Positions 36,839 to 46,890 of a stretch of DNA of 64,000 bases are shown piece after piece; positions within the stretch are counted from its first letter, which is position 1, and each line of letters opens with the position of its first letter. The DNA comes from a virus: the IMG/VR virus record IMGVR_UViG_3300011013_000001, positions 1 through 64,000 of that record. One strand, 5' to 3'. The notes under the pieces are model-generated. The model did not search any database. It was not told the origin of the DNA and saw only the letters and a list, made by a program, of their open reading frames with translations. The translations under genes were made by a program, and so were the position numbers.

Positions 36839-37984
36839 TCAACTTAGGTCACGAATGCTCCCTTGTGAGCCGAAGAAAGAACACCATAGTTCACCCATTG
36901 TTCGGTAAAGTCCTTCTTGACCAAGTCTGTTAATTGCGAACGGGTCACCGGTTTCAATTCCACTCTCAAAGTATTGGGTTGGAATCGCTGTTTGGAACCA
37001 CAAGTAGTCAGTATCAAGGTAATAGATACGACTGCTACCATCTGTCACTACGTCTTTGCTTGGGATGATTGGGACACCGTTGTATGTGCTGACAATAAAT
37101 CCAGCCTCAATACCCGGTACACCTTTCACACCGTTGTATGATGGAGTAACTCTCTTGGTTTCCATGAATCGCTGTTGACTTTGTAGTAACTGCTGAACAT
37201 TCATCAGTGTATCATAGCCAGTTAGCAAGACTTTCGGATTACCACCACGAGTCCAAACTTGTTGGAACAACGCATCAAGGAAATCTAGACTTAGAGCGCG
37301 GTTGGTGCTTGTTGCATCAACGCTAACTTCTGCACTGTGGAAATCCGCAGTACCGTCACGAGTAATGCTGTACATATCGTGGTCAGTGTTAGCGCTCACG
37401 TGAGTAGTTGCTGCTGTCATGTTGTCAGGGTCTGAGGTAACACGGTCAAGCGACTCAAAGTCGTTGCCTGCCGGGGTATCAACATCGCCGGTTAACATTC
37501 TGTTAATGTGGTCTGCGTGGTGCTTACCCATTTCCTCTTTGAGGACTTGGCGCACATCGCCCATTCCATCGTCCTTATCGGACAAGAACATAGCCACTTC
37601 TGACAAGTCAAAGGTATGAGCGATGCTCTTTGGCTTTGCTGCCACGTGTAGGAAATCGGGTTTTGTAGTCTCAGGAAGTGCAGCATTTTCTGCAACACCA
37701 CCGCCCTTAGCGAACGAAGGCTTAGCGGTGATGATTCTCCAACCGCTCTTTTCCCATGGCTTCTTAGGTAGAATGCTAAAAGCATTGAACTCTTGGTTAA
37801 GTTGTGACCACACTTTGCGGCCATAGATTGCTTGGTAAGTACCTGCTGTGGTACTCAATAGCGGTGCATCTGCTTTGAGTATATCACCACTACTGTATGT
37901 GTATCCGGTCAGAGCGTTACCACCGTAGTAGTAGCGCTCCATATCCTGTATTGTTCGTACGTAATCTCTTGCCATTAATTTCAC
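36839..37984 (-). CDS. major capsid protein (HK97 fold)
   Basis: ~380-aa ORF immediately after the prohead protease/scaffold gene. Size, composition and synteny are typical. The ATG at 37975 (MARDYV) has better spacing from AAGGAGAGTGA than the GTG at 37984. Confidence 0.8.
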   Translation of the reverse strand: MKLMARDYVRTIQDMERYYYGGNALTGYTYSSGDILKADAPLLSTTAGTYQAIYGRKVWSQLNQEFNAFSILPKKPWEKSGWRIITAKPSFAKGGGVAENAALPETTKPDFLHVAAKPKSIAHTFDLSEVAMFLSDKDDGMGDVRQVLKEEMGKHHADHINRMLTGDVDTPAGNDFESLDRVTSDPDNMTAATTHVSANTDHDMYSITRDGTADFHSAEVSVDATSTNRALSLDFLDALFQQVWTRGGNPKVLLTGYDTLMNVQQLLQSQQRFMETKRVTPSYNGVKGVPGIEAGFIVSTYNGVPIIPSKDVVTDGSSRIYYLDTDYLWFQTAIPTQYFESGIETGDPFAINRLGQEGLYRTMGELWCSFFGSQGSIRDLS

Positions 37985-39369
37985 TCTCCTTGTATTGCTT
38001 TGTTTGCTAATCGGTGCACGTCATCCCAACTCATCTCAGCGAGTTCAACGCTGGATGGTACGCGAGCCAGTTTTTGAGTCGCGCTCTTTGTGATGGTTTC
38101 ACCGGAGTCTGATGATAGGTTGCTAATACGCTCATTAAGAGCGGCAACCGCTTTCTGAATCTGCTCAAGTGGTTCACGACTGTCAAAGGACTGTCGCTCT
38201 TCTTCGTTAGACTTAGCAACTAGTTCTTGCTCGTAGCGAGCGCTGAATTGTTCACCAAGTTCACCCTTGAACTCTTGTTCTGAGCGTGCTTGCTTGTAGA
38301 CTTCGTAAGCCTTCTCAAGTTCTGCCGCTGAGGTATTTTCCTTGATAACGTATTTGTTACCGGTAGGTGCTGGGTCTGCGCTTGCGCGGATAGCGAACTT
38401 GTTGCTCACTCCACCACTGCCCATATCCATTTTTGGACGTTTCTTTGAGTCTTCTTCACCTGCACCTTCAATTGAACCTTGTCCACGGTGGTCAAATCCT
38501 GACTCCCCGGGGCCGTACCCTTTCGCCACACCGTCAAAGTGCGCGCGTGCAGCAGAAGTATCTACTCCTGCCGATTTTAGGGTATTCTCCATCCAATTTA
38601 GGTAATCAGTTGTGATGACGTCATCAAAACCTTTCTCCATCTCGTCGTCTGAGGAATCGTCATCGGACTTTTTATCGTCTTTCTTCTCATCCTTACTCTC
38701 TTTGTCTTTTGACTTGGATTCTGAGGCTTCTGCGAGCGCGGGTGGTAGTTCACCTTTCGCTGTCATATCCTCACCATCCAACTTCTTAGACAAACGCTCT
38801 AATACATCGTGCAGTTGTGCTGCAACTTCTGTTTCTGTCATATTTTCTGTCTCCTGTTTTAGTATTCTAAATTGGGCTTCCGGGTTTATTCCTTTTTCAC
38901 AGATTGTCACTTCATGTAACTCCATTCGGCTTATTTCCCGGTAACTTCCTCTCTCCCTGTCACTTTTATTCACTCGCTCAAACGCTTGGCCTCCGATACT
39001 GAAGGACTTAAGATTACCCTTTCGTATCTCGGCTGCGACTTCGCGCGCTTTTTCAATGTCGGACCGGAGTTGGATGACGACAAACATTCCGCTGTCATCA
39101 ACTTCGGACTTCCACAAGCGACCGGAAGAATCTGTGTACTCGGGGATAACCTCCCCGACTTGGATATTAGAGTGAGCGAGTTGGACATTCCTGCATTTTT
39201 GGTTGTCCATGAACCCGTTGAATGCTTTACCGAGCGCTCCGTTGGTGATAAGGTCGCCCTGTTTGTCAACGAGTTCAACGCTGGCGTACCCTGCGATAAT
39301 AAGGTCGTCTCCAATCCCCTTGAGGAGGAGCGGAGATTGCGTGGTTGCCATGACTGCACTTGCGCTCAC
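37981..39369 (-). CDS. prohead protease (HK97/S78-type) fused to acidic scaffold-like C-terminal region
   Basis: The N-terminal ~180 aa read IIAGYASVELVDKQGDLI...LAHSN...SFSIGG...ELHEVTICEKGINPEA, as in HK97-family prohead proteases. The C-terminal half is K/E/D/S-rich and coiled-coil-like. Confidence 0.8.
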   Translation of the reverse strand: MSASAVMATTQSPLLLKGIGDDLIIAGYASVELVDKQGDLITNGALGKAFNGFMDNQKCRNVQLAHSNIQVGEVIPEYTDSSGRLWKSEVDDSGMFVVIQLRSDIEKAREVAAEIRKGNLKSFSIGGQAFERVNKSDRERGSYREISRMELHEVTICEKGINPEAQFRILKQETENMTETEVAAQLHDVLERLSKKLDGEDMTAKGELPPALAEASESKSKDKESKDEKKDDKKSDDDSSDDEMEKGFDDVITTDYLNWMENTLKSAGVDTSAARAHFDGVAKGYGPGESGFDHRGQGSIEGAGEEDSKKRPKMDMGSGGVSNKFAIRASADPAPTGNKYVIKENTSAAELEKAYEVYKQARSEQEFKGELGEQFSARYEQELVAKSNEEERQSFDSREPLEQIQKAVAALNERISNLSSDSGETITKSATQKLARVPSSVELAEMSWDDVHRLANKAIQGE

Positions 39370-39396
39370 TGCCTCTGCTCACGCTTGTAATAGTAT

Positions 39397-42300
39397 TTAA
39401 TCCGCTCGTAATTCTAACACTGCTTCGTCATCGTTCACGCGAAGCGTTGCTTTCTCCCCTTCTTCGGTAGTAATCGCGCTTTTATTGCCGGTTTTCGGGG
39501 TTTTCTCTTTGGAGCGCTCATCCTCACCGGGTGAGAAATCAGGGAGCGTTTCAGGTTTTTCTAATTCAGTCGGCCCGCGCGGAGCGGCATCCTCTGTGCC
39601 TAACCCTATCGCTAATCCCTTCGGTCCGGTCCACGTCATTTTCTCTTTAGTAAGCATTTCTTCTAGAATAAGTAACGCTTTGAGTACCACAGGGTCTTTC
39701 AGTAGTTGATTTTCGTCAACTTTCTTCGGTTTCTTATCTTCAGGTCGTGGGTCGGGCTCCACTTCCGCCTTCTTCTTTTTCTCGTGCAGGTACGGGCGCG
39801 GGTCATAATCTGCTGCTACTTTCTCTTTCAGCATTAAAACTGCAACAGGCGACCAGCACGGCTTGAGAGTATTGGATATTCTGACCGAATGTGCAATATC
39901 TTGTGAAGACTGTCCTGCCGCCAATCTCCACGCCTCGCCTTGTTCAGTAGTTTTGTACAATACTTCGTCATCACTCCATGGTAGGCTGACGGTGATTGTA
40001 TCACCTTCCACCACCACGCGGTGCGGTATGGCAGGTACACCTGATTTTGTCAGCAATTCTACTGATTCCGAACTGTCGGTCGCCTGTGATTCTGCCGGAC
40101 CTATGATTTTAGCCCCGTTCAGTGAATATACTTCCGCTCCGTCACGCTCGTTTTTAGTAGCGCTACCGACAGTAACTACTACAAAATCACCAACTTCCCA
40201 ATTATGGTCGCTCTTACTACCATCGGTGGCCGTTCCTACTTCCATATATTTGCGCTTATTGTGAGTATCTGAGCGGTTACCGAGTGAATCAGCAGCCTCA
40301 TCAGTAATCGGACCTATGCCAATTCGGTAATCACCACCCTTAATCCCAAGAACTATGACGCTAACGCGCTTCTCATTATCCATTAATACCCATTTTGGAT
40401 GCCGTGTCTCGCCTTCCATATAGGTAGACTCAGCGTCTCGTAGCATGATTCTATCACCCTCAAGTTCCCCAATCGCTGCTTCTAATCCTTCATCGTCAGT
40501 AGCACGAGTGTTCACAGGCTGAGGCGTATGCACGTGCTCAGTAGACTCAAATGTACCGCGCAGTACTCTCATTCTGTGTTTCAGCGGTTCCTCTACCACG
40601 TCCTCGGTAGCGATTTTAAGCAAATCCATTACCCAAAGAGCGGTCCCGTCCCAAACGCAATCTATCACGAAATCCTTTTCGTTCACCTTCTTGAGGTCGT
40701 CTAGCGCTTCCGCGCTCACGGCGACATCGTTCTTGGTCTTACTTTTCCCGTCCTTTTTCTCTATAAGAACTCGCTCTCCTTCGGGCCATACGCTGACAAC
40801 CCAACTACCACTGAACCCGCGCAGGTTCTCCAAATCTCCTAAATCAAAGATTCTGTGAGCGGCTTTAATTGCGGGAGTTTCACCCTTCTCTCTATCATCA
40901 TCTTCCTTGTACAGAAGATTGAGATTGGTTAGCCATTGTAACGGTTCGCCCATTTGGAATAAGTCACTATCCCTTAACTTATCACGTTTTGCAGTATGTT
41001 TAGCGTGATGCGGTAACGCCCATGACTTAGCATGAGAGCCAGCGCTGTCAATATACCGGGTCATAGACTGTATAGCCGCCGGCCCGATAGTATGCATCGG
41101 TTCAATGTTCGGCTCTACGGTATCACGGATGAGAGACAGTGGTGGAGCGAGCGCATCTTGAGTGACAGCGTGACTCAAATCATTCAAATCTAAGAACTGA
41201 GGTTGGCCTGTAGCGTGGTCAAAGGTAATATCAAACGGAGCGCGTATTGCGTGACCATGATGCCGAGTCATGGCAGGTGATGTATAGGCGGGCTGAACAG
41301 TTTGAGTACCGGCGTTTGAGCGTTGTAGAGGTAGTTGCTGTTGCGATACTATCTGCTTTTGACTCTCAGCAATAGGTGTCAAAAGTTTCCTAAAAATCTT
41401 ATTTTTGTCTTTTAGAATACCCTTTTTTCTAGTTTGCCTCATAGCGCGTTGCGCCCCACCGCCTATACCCCCTTGTCCTGTTTTCAGTCTCTTAGGAGTT
41501 TCACCGAATCTAAACCCTGTCTTATGCAAGGTGTTATTGAAATCGCGCCATACGCTGTTCAGTGCTGCTGTTTCATCAGCAGCGTTATGCTTGTATACTC
41601 GCGATACTCCATTTATACGAGGTTCTTTTACTATAGTCTGCCCTTCTTTAAGTTCAGGTTGCCTGATAGGGTGTCTATCAAACAGAGAATCAAATATGTT
41701 ATTAGGATTATCACGAATCTCTTTTGCTATATCTTGGTGATTCATGCTATCGGTCTCCTTTGCTACATATTTCATCCAATTTTCAGCACTACGAGACTTT
41801 TTAGCACCAACCTTTGCTCCTCTCACCCCATGTTCTTCTGCCGCAAGATTAGGGTTAGATTTCTGCGCTTTCAGTCGCCCGACAGCGTGATGTAGGACTC
41901 CGCGCGCAATCTCGCGAGGGTCAGGTGGTTTCTCTACACCCTCTGGTGTAGGGACCGGTATAGACCCGGGACTAAACACAGGTGAACTATCGTTGAGGAA
42001 CTCGTGAAATAAACTCATCATGCTTTTGTTACCCTTTGACACGTAATCTGCGATTCGGTCGTGTAAATCTTGGTCATGATTAGCGCGCGGTTGACCCATG
42101 ACAGGTAACGGTTCAACGCTCATAATGCCATCTTTCAGTCCGAACTTGGCGTTCTGTTCAGGAGTCTGATGATTGAGAATGTAACGTTCTGCGATTTCAC
42201 ACAACTTCATGTAAGCGACATTGGCCCTGTTCCAATTCTCCATACCGTCTTCGTCAATCTCCGGTTTGAATACATCGGGGTTACGTTTTTCTACAAACTC

Positions 42301-45279
42301 TTTGAGTGGTGGTAGAAGTTGAGCGATAGCACCGTGAGTATTATTCAGATGCTTGGCGTCTTCTACCATCCTACGATTATGTTCATTGCTCTTTTCTAGA
42401 ACCGATAACGGATAATACTCTTTATCTAAATCGTCTACTATTTCCTGTTGCCTCTCCATAGCAGATTCTATACCCTGCCGCTTGTCTTTCAAATCAGGAT
42501 TTTTACCCAAAGCATCATACCGTTCCTGTAACGTTTCAAGATAATACCGAGCAAGGTCGGCAGGATTTTCGTATGACGCGAATACCTTTTGCCCGTCATC
42601 AAGATTTATAGAATGAAAAAGACTCGGGTCTAAATTAGCAGTATCTGCTGGCTCTTTACTACCTGTTACACCGTGTACTTTGACTTGCCCTCTCGGGTTC
42701 GTTTCGTCTCCCCAAAGTTGACCTTGAGTGAAATTACCGAATCTCTCGCTCGCACGAGTATTCAAGAACTGACCTACTTCGTCTCTGCTAGTATCGGTCA
42801 ATCTACCTTCATCACCTTGGATATAGAACGCTCTCGGGTCAAACGTAGGGTAATCAGGATTCCATGGTTCATGGCCCTCAACCTCCCCATCGTACAAGTT
42901 CTGTAACTGAGCGAGATTCGCCTGTTTCCCAAACGGGTCGTTCAGGGAATATACGTTCAGGTTACCCATATAATCTTGAGTGGGCGAAGCGGGTGTTTGA
43001 GTCGGCACTTTCCGGTCTAATGGCGCGTCACCTCTAAGCCCTGCTTCTGTAAGCATAATAGCCCGTTGTCGGTCATTCTGTACTCCCATTTTGTCAGCAC
43101 CTACACGAGGAGCGTGACCGACAGCGCCAAAATCATCTTTCGCTATTTTATTGGCAAGAGACGATATAGGTATTCGGTAAGCGTTAGGTAATTCGTCGTC
43201 TTCATCAAGCCCGCGAGCGAACTGCCCGAATAATGCACCGCGCGTCATTTGGTTAGGGAAACGCGACCGATAAGTGTTCCCGCTCAGGCTACCCCGAGCG
43301 TATCGTTGTTTCGCTCTATCATCAGACTGTTGAGCGAGAAAACCGGGAGTATTGGTATCAAGATTAGCGGTAGGCCATACTGATTGAGCGTGACTCATAC
43401 CCGCTTCCGGTTCCATTATCCCCCACGGTCCGGGCGACTCTTCTCTCAACTCGCGCTCAAAGCGCGGTATTTCACCTTCTTCACTGATAAAATCGTCAAA
43501 CATACCGCTAAAATCTTGAAATCGCTCTTCTTGAGTTTTATCCTCAGTATCAATATCAGGCATTGAGATATGGTAAGAAGAAGAATGAGGCTGGGTAACG
43601 ATACCGGGGAACATTTCATCCAACCAATACTTAACCGAATCGTCATGGTGGCCCATACCACCTCCGCCCAAATCAAACATGTGGGTAAAAGTGTCAGTAC
43701 CATGAGTGAGCGGACTTAGATAATCGCGCATCGCTTGGTTTCCTTTCACTTCGTTCTCGTACTGCCCAACCACTCCTTCTGAGAACATTTTGTGACGAAC
43801 GCTATTATCAAGCCACCCATTGTCCACATAATTATTGATATGACCGGGCGACAAATACTTCTGCTGGCTATGCGAATCTTTCTCTTTGTCCCCTTCGTTG
43901 ATATAATCTACTCTATTACCTTCTTCGTCGAAATGTGGTATCAATAACGACCCAATATCCATACCTTCGTGGGCGGAGCGGCGCAAAATCTCTTCATACG
44001 CAGAGTGAGTCCCTGCCTCTTCCGCTCCGTGATGCGAGAACTCACCTGTCCCGCTATGCACTTGAAGATTAGTCAAGGCGTCTAGAATTGCTTGGCCTGA
44101 ATCAGCGCTATCAATATCCTGAACTACTTTACCACTATGCTCGGGAGCGTTCACGATATTACCATGAGAAGTCGGACCCGCTCTCGCCTTGTTGACTAAG
44201 CGAGACAGGCGAACGGCAATCTGCCTGTTTAAGAACGGAACCATATCGCGCGCTTCCGTACCAAAATACTCTTTCGCTTCAGAAGGGCGTCCGTCCGCTA
44301 TCCATTTCATAGTATTACGGCGCATTGAAGGTGACATCATTTCAGTCGCCCCGAGCCAACCCATGACCCCGAGTTGTTTCTCCGGGTCACGCTTTAATCC
44401 CTTATCCCGTACTAAATCTAATAATTCTTGGTTGGACTGAGGAAAATTACCATCCTCATCTAGAAACTGTCTAAAATCGTACCCTTCCCACTCAAGAGTT
44501 TTCGCGGCATGTACCATCGCTTCCGGGTCGTCCATCGGTTTTCCAAACTCTTTCTCGTAACTATTAGCGAGACGTTCTGATTCGCGTTGATGTAGCGCAC
44601 CAAGTCCGATATTACCGGTATGACGCCCGAACACTGTGTCTCTATGGTGAGGATGATTAGAATGTTTATTTTCATGAGAGTCAAGCCCTTCGTCAAACTC
44701 TTGCGCCCCGCCGTCACGGTACAGGTGTCTGAGGATTCCCTGCATTTGACTTGAAGGTAGAACAGCGTGTCGTTGAGCGAACAGACCAAGTCCTTCCACC
44801 GGGTGTTTATCCGGCCTGACATTATCAGAAGTATGTTCAACCGCCTGAGTCTCAGGTCGCCCTGACGACATTAAATCAAGAACACGATTGATGTCACTCG
44901 TGCTCCCTACCTCTAGCACTTTTTCATACCCCTTGCGTCCTACATGAGGTTTGAGTGATGCTGATGGAATTGGTGGTGCCCAGCCTTGTCTGCGAACAGT
45001 ACTCGGCTCGTCACCGGGTTGATGCTGATACCCACTTTCTTCTGTCGGGTACGCTCTATCTCTCCCACCTGCTTCTTTGATTATGGCTACTGCGCGGTCA
45101 AGAAGCACTAAATCGGATTTAGTTACAGGTGTACCTCGCCTATCACCATCAAGTGCTGCGAGTAGTAATTCAGAAGCGTCGTCCTCATTACAGTCATGAT
45201 ACAAGGATTTGACAAACTCAAAACGAGAGCGTTTCCAAAATGCTCTTGCATCTTCCTTTATGCCCTCACCCCCGTTCAT
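39397..45279 (-). CDS. 1960-aa head-module giant protein with ligase-like nucleotidyltransferase domain near the C-terminus
   Basis: Uninterrupted ORF between the portal-proximal genes and the protease gene. Its position is that of minor head (MuF/gp7-like) or ejection proteins. Ligase-like motifs lie at ~40130-40830. Confidence 0.85.
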   Translation of the reverse strand: MNGGEGIKEDARAFWKRSRFEFVKSLYHDCNEDDASELLLAALDGDRRGTPVTKSDLVLLDRAVAIIKEAGGRDRAYPTEESGYQHQPGDEPSTVRRQGWAPPIPSASLKPHVGRKGYEKVLEVGSTSDINRVLDLMSSGRPETQAVEHTSDNVRPDKHPVEGLGLFAQRHAVLPSSQMQGILRHLYRDGGAQEFDEGLDSHENKHSNHPHHRDTVFGRHTGNIGLGALHQRESERLANSYEKEFGKPMDDPEAMVHAAKTLEWEGYDFRQFLDEDGNFPQSNQELLDLVRDKGLKRDPEKQLGVMGWLGATEMMSPSMRRNTMKWIADGRPSEAKEYFGTEARDMVPFLNRQIAVRLSRLVNKARAGPTSHGNIVNAPEHSGKVVQDIDSADSGQAILDALTNLQVHSGTGEFSHHGAEEAGTHSAYEEILRRSAHEGMDIGSLLIPHFDEEGNRVDYINEGDKEKDSHSQQKYLSPGHINNYVDNGWLDNSVRHKMFSEGVVGQYENEVKGNQAMRDYLSPLTHGTDTFTHMFDLGGGGMGHHDDSVKYWLDEMFPGIVTQPHSSSYHISMPDIDTEDKTQEERFQDFSGMFDDFISEEGEIPRFERELREESPGPWGIMEPEAGMSHAQSVWPTANLDTNTPGFLAQQSDDRAKQRYARGSLSGNTYRSRFPNQMTRGALFGQFARGLDEDDELPNAYRIPISSLANKIAKDDFGAVGHAPRVGADKMGVQNDRQRAIMLTEAGLRGDAPLDRKVPTQTPASPTQDYMGNLNVYSLNDPFGKQANLAQLQNLYDGEVEGHEPWNPDYPTFDPRAFYIQGDEGRLTDTSRDEVGQFLNTRASERFGNFTQGQLWGDETNPRGQVKVHGVTGSKEPADTANLDPSLFHSINLDDGQKVFASYENPADLARYYLETLQERYDALGKNPDLKDKRQGIESAMERQQEIVDDLDKEYYPLSVLEKSNEHNRRMVEDAKHLNNTHGAIAQLLPPLKEFVEKRNPDVFKPEIDEDGMENWNRANVAYMKLCEIAERYILNHQTPEQNAKFGLKDGIMSVEPLPVMGQPRANHDQDLHDRIADYVSKGNKSMMSLFHEFLNDSSPVFSPGSIPVPTPEGVEKPPDPREIARGVLHHAVGRLKAQKSNPNLAAEEHGVRGAKVGAKKSRSAENWMKYVAKETDSMNHQDIAKEIRDNPNNIFDSLFDRHPIRQPELKEGQTIVKEPRINGVSRVYKHNAADETAALNSVWRDFNNTLHKTGFRFGETPKRLKTGQGGIGGGAQRAMRQTRKKGILKDKNKIFRKLLTPIAESQKQIVSQQQLPLQRSNAGTQTVQPAYTSPAMTRHHGHAIRAPFDITFDHATGQPQFLDLNDLSHAVTQDALAPPLSLIRDTVEPNIEPMHTIGPAAIQSMTRYIDSAGSHAKSWALPHHAKHTAKRDKLRDSDLFQMGEPLQWLTNLNLLYKEDDDREKGETPAIKAAHRIFDLGDLENLRGFSGSWVVSVWPEGERVLIEKKDGKSKTKNDVAVSAEALDDLKKVNEKDFVIDCVWDGTALWVMDLLKIATEDVVEEPLKHRMRVLRGTFESTEHVHTPQPVNTRATDDEGLEAAIGELEGDRIMLRDAESTYMEGETRHPKWVLMDNEKRVSVIVLGIKGGDYRIGIGPITDEAADSLGNRSDTHNKRKYMEVGTATDGSKSDHNWEVGDFVVVTVGSATKNERDGAEVYSLNGAKIIGPAESQATDSSESVELLTKSGVPAIPHRVVVEGDTITVSLPWSDDEVLYKTTEQGEAWRLAAGQSSQDIAHSVRISNTLKPCWSPVAVLMLKEKVAADYDPRPYLHEKKKKAEVEPDPRPEDKKPKKVDENQLLKDPVVLKALLILEEMLTKEKMTWTGPKGLAIGLGTEDAAPRGPTELEKPETLPDFSPGEDERSKEKTPKTGNKSAITTEEGEKATLRVNDDEAVLELRAD

Positions 45280-45800
45280 AGACGACGAGTGAGAGATTCA
45301 GCCTGTTCAGCGATATTTTGTAAGACAAACGGGTCGTCCTCTTTCCACGCGCCAAGTAATTGAGATTTCTTTACCCTATTACATTTACACTCGTCACAAC
45401 CTGAAGAGCAAGTGCAGTCTTTAGCGGGACAGTCGCCGCAAGCGCACATATCCGCTTTACCAAATAGGGTTTTTTCGTTAGTAATACCGGCAGGTCGGTC
45501 CCCGCCGCCATCAGTCATATGTGCCGACCATGCCCCGTCGTCAGAGTGAGGGTTCGCTTCACGGAACCGGTAACTCTCCGCTTCAGGAGTGCACCGGTTA
45601 ACGGTTTCAGGATGGTCGGGTAATTGCTGATTAGTCCAATAGTGGGCAGGTCTAACTTCTTCTACACCACGGACATCGCGTAATTCGCTATTATCAGTCT
45701 CGGTGTTAGCCTTCTCTAATTTCTCTTCCATCTCCTTAGCCTTAGCAAGAAGGTCCTCATATTCGCTCCATTCGCCTGCATTCACTTTAATCGGTTTCAT
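45276..45800 (-). CDS. Cys-cluster protein (CACGDCPAKDCTCSSGCDECKC)
   Basis: 174-aa ORF. GAGGTGAacga precedes the ATG. Confidence 0.65.
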   Translation of the reverse strand: MKPIKVNAGEWSEYEDLLAKAKEMEEKLEKANTETDNSELRDVRGVEEVRPAHYWTNQQLPDHPETVNRCTPEAESYRFREANPHSDDGAWSAHMTDGGGDRPAGITNEKTLFGKADMCACGDCPAKDCTCSSGCDECKCNRVKKSQLLGAWKEDDPFVLQNIAEQAESLTRRL

Positions 45801-46171
45801 TCGTTCACCTCAACTGAGCGCCGAGTAGTGACAAAATCACCTCTATCGGCCGGAGCGCCGGCTGTTTCAGCCAACGCGTGAATATCGGACCAATCCATTT
45901 CGTACCATTCTTCATTAGATTTCGGCATTTCTGTAGCATCAACCTCTTCACCATCCCCCGCTTTAGCAATTACACTTGAACGGTCACCACGAAGTGGGTC
46001 GCCCCATACATCGCTTACGGACGGCGATTTCATACGAATAAAACCAGCACGCTTGAGTAGTGAATCGGGATGCCTCATAACATGCTGCATCTCGGTCATT
46101 TGATTATCCATACTCTCCATCTTAGTAATAAGAGCACTCATTAATTTCATTACAGTATCACTTTCACTCAA
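45797..46171 (-). CDS. hypothetical acidic protein
   Basis: 124-aa ORF. TTG start 7 nt after GAGGAGGTG. Confidence 0.6.
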   Translation of the reverse strand: MSESDTVMKLMSALITKMESMDNQMTEMQHVMRHPDSLLKRAGFIRMKSPSVSDVWGDPLRGDRSSVIAKAGDGEEVDATEMPKSNEEWYEMDWSDIHALAETAGAPADRGDFVTTRRSVEVNE

Positions 46172-46490
46172 GGTTCAACACCTCCTCGTCATCAGTAGGC
46201 ATAGGAGGGGATTCAGATTCGCTACCTCTTCCGTAATAAGCGTCTTCCGAACCCGGAAACTGCTCTTCAACTTCTGATTGCATTTGTACAATTTCAGCAG
46301 CCATATCATCAAGCCCGAGTTCCTCAGCGGCGGTAGTCGCTATACTCAATCCCTTATGCAGGTCTTGGACCTCAGAAGGGTGTTCTTCTTGTTTTAGAAT
46401 CTGAAACGACTCGGACTTGACTTTCAAAGGCTGACCTGTAAAAGTAGTATTAGGGATTGCAGACCCTTCACCCGCAGACACTCTTCTCAT
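46164..46490 (-). CDS. hypothetical acidic protein
   Basis: The ORF track starts at a TTG at 46508 with no SD. The ATG at 46490 follows AAGAGG and lies 1 nt after the upstream stop. Confidence 0.55.
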   Translation of the reverse strand: MRRVSAGEGSAIPNTTFTGQPLKVKSESFQILKQEEHPSEVQDLHKGLSIATTAAEELGLDDMAAEIVQMQSEVEEQFPGSEDAYYGRGSESESPPMPTDDEEVLNLE

Positions 46491-46491
46491 A

Positions 46492-46857
46492 TCAAAGCCT
46501 CTTGCCAACAGAAGATTGAGGTTTCATAATTCCGCCAACACGCGCAGGCAGAATTGTACCTTTTAGGACTTGGTCGCGTTTCGCCACGTTGATAACCTGT
46601 TCAGTTTCGTTAAACTGACGAACAGGGACACCACCGGCGAACATATCATTCGGCCCGACTGAAGCGTTAGAGCGTTCTTCGGATTTATAAATCTCCGTAA
46701 CGTCTTCCGACAAATAGTCACTCGTTCTATTGATACTGCGCAATAATTGTTGCGCTGCTACCAAATCTTCTTGTTCTAATGCGCTTTTGAAACCGGCTAA
46801 ATCCGATTCCAATTTTCGCACCATTGGGTCCATTTTTGCTATCTCTGCTGACACCAT
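46492..46857 (-). CDS. hypothetical protein (downstream of portal)
   Basis: 121-aa ORF. Confidence 0.6.
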   Translation of the reverse strand: MVSAEIAKMDPMVRKLESDLAGFKSALEQEDLVAAQQLLRSINRTSDYLSEDVTEIYKSEERSNASVGPNDMFAGGVPVRQFNETEQVINVAKRDQVLKGTILPARVGGIMKPQSSVGKRL

Positions 46858-46890
46858 CTGCTATCCCCCACACACGTCTTCATATTCAAC

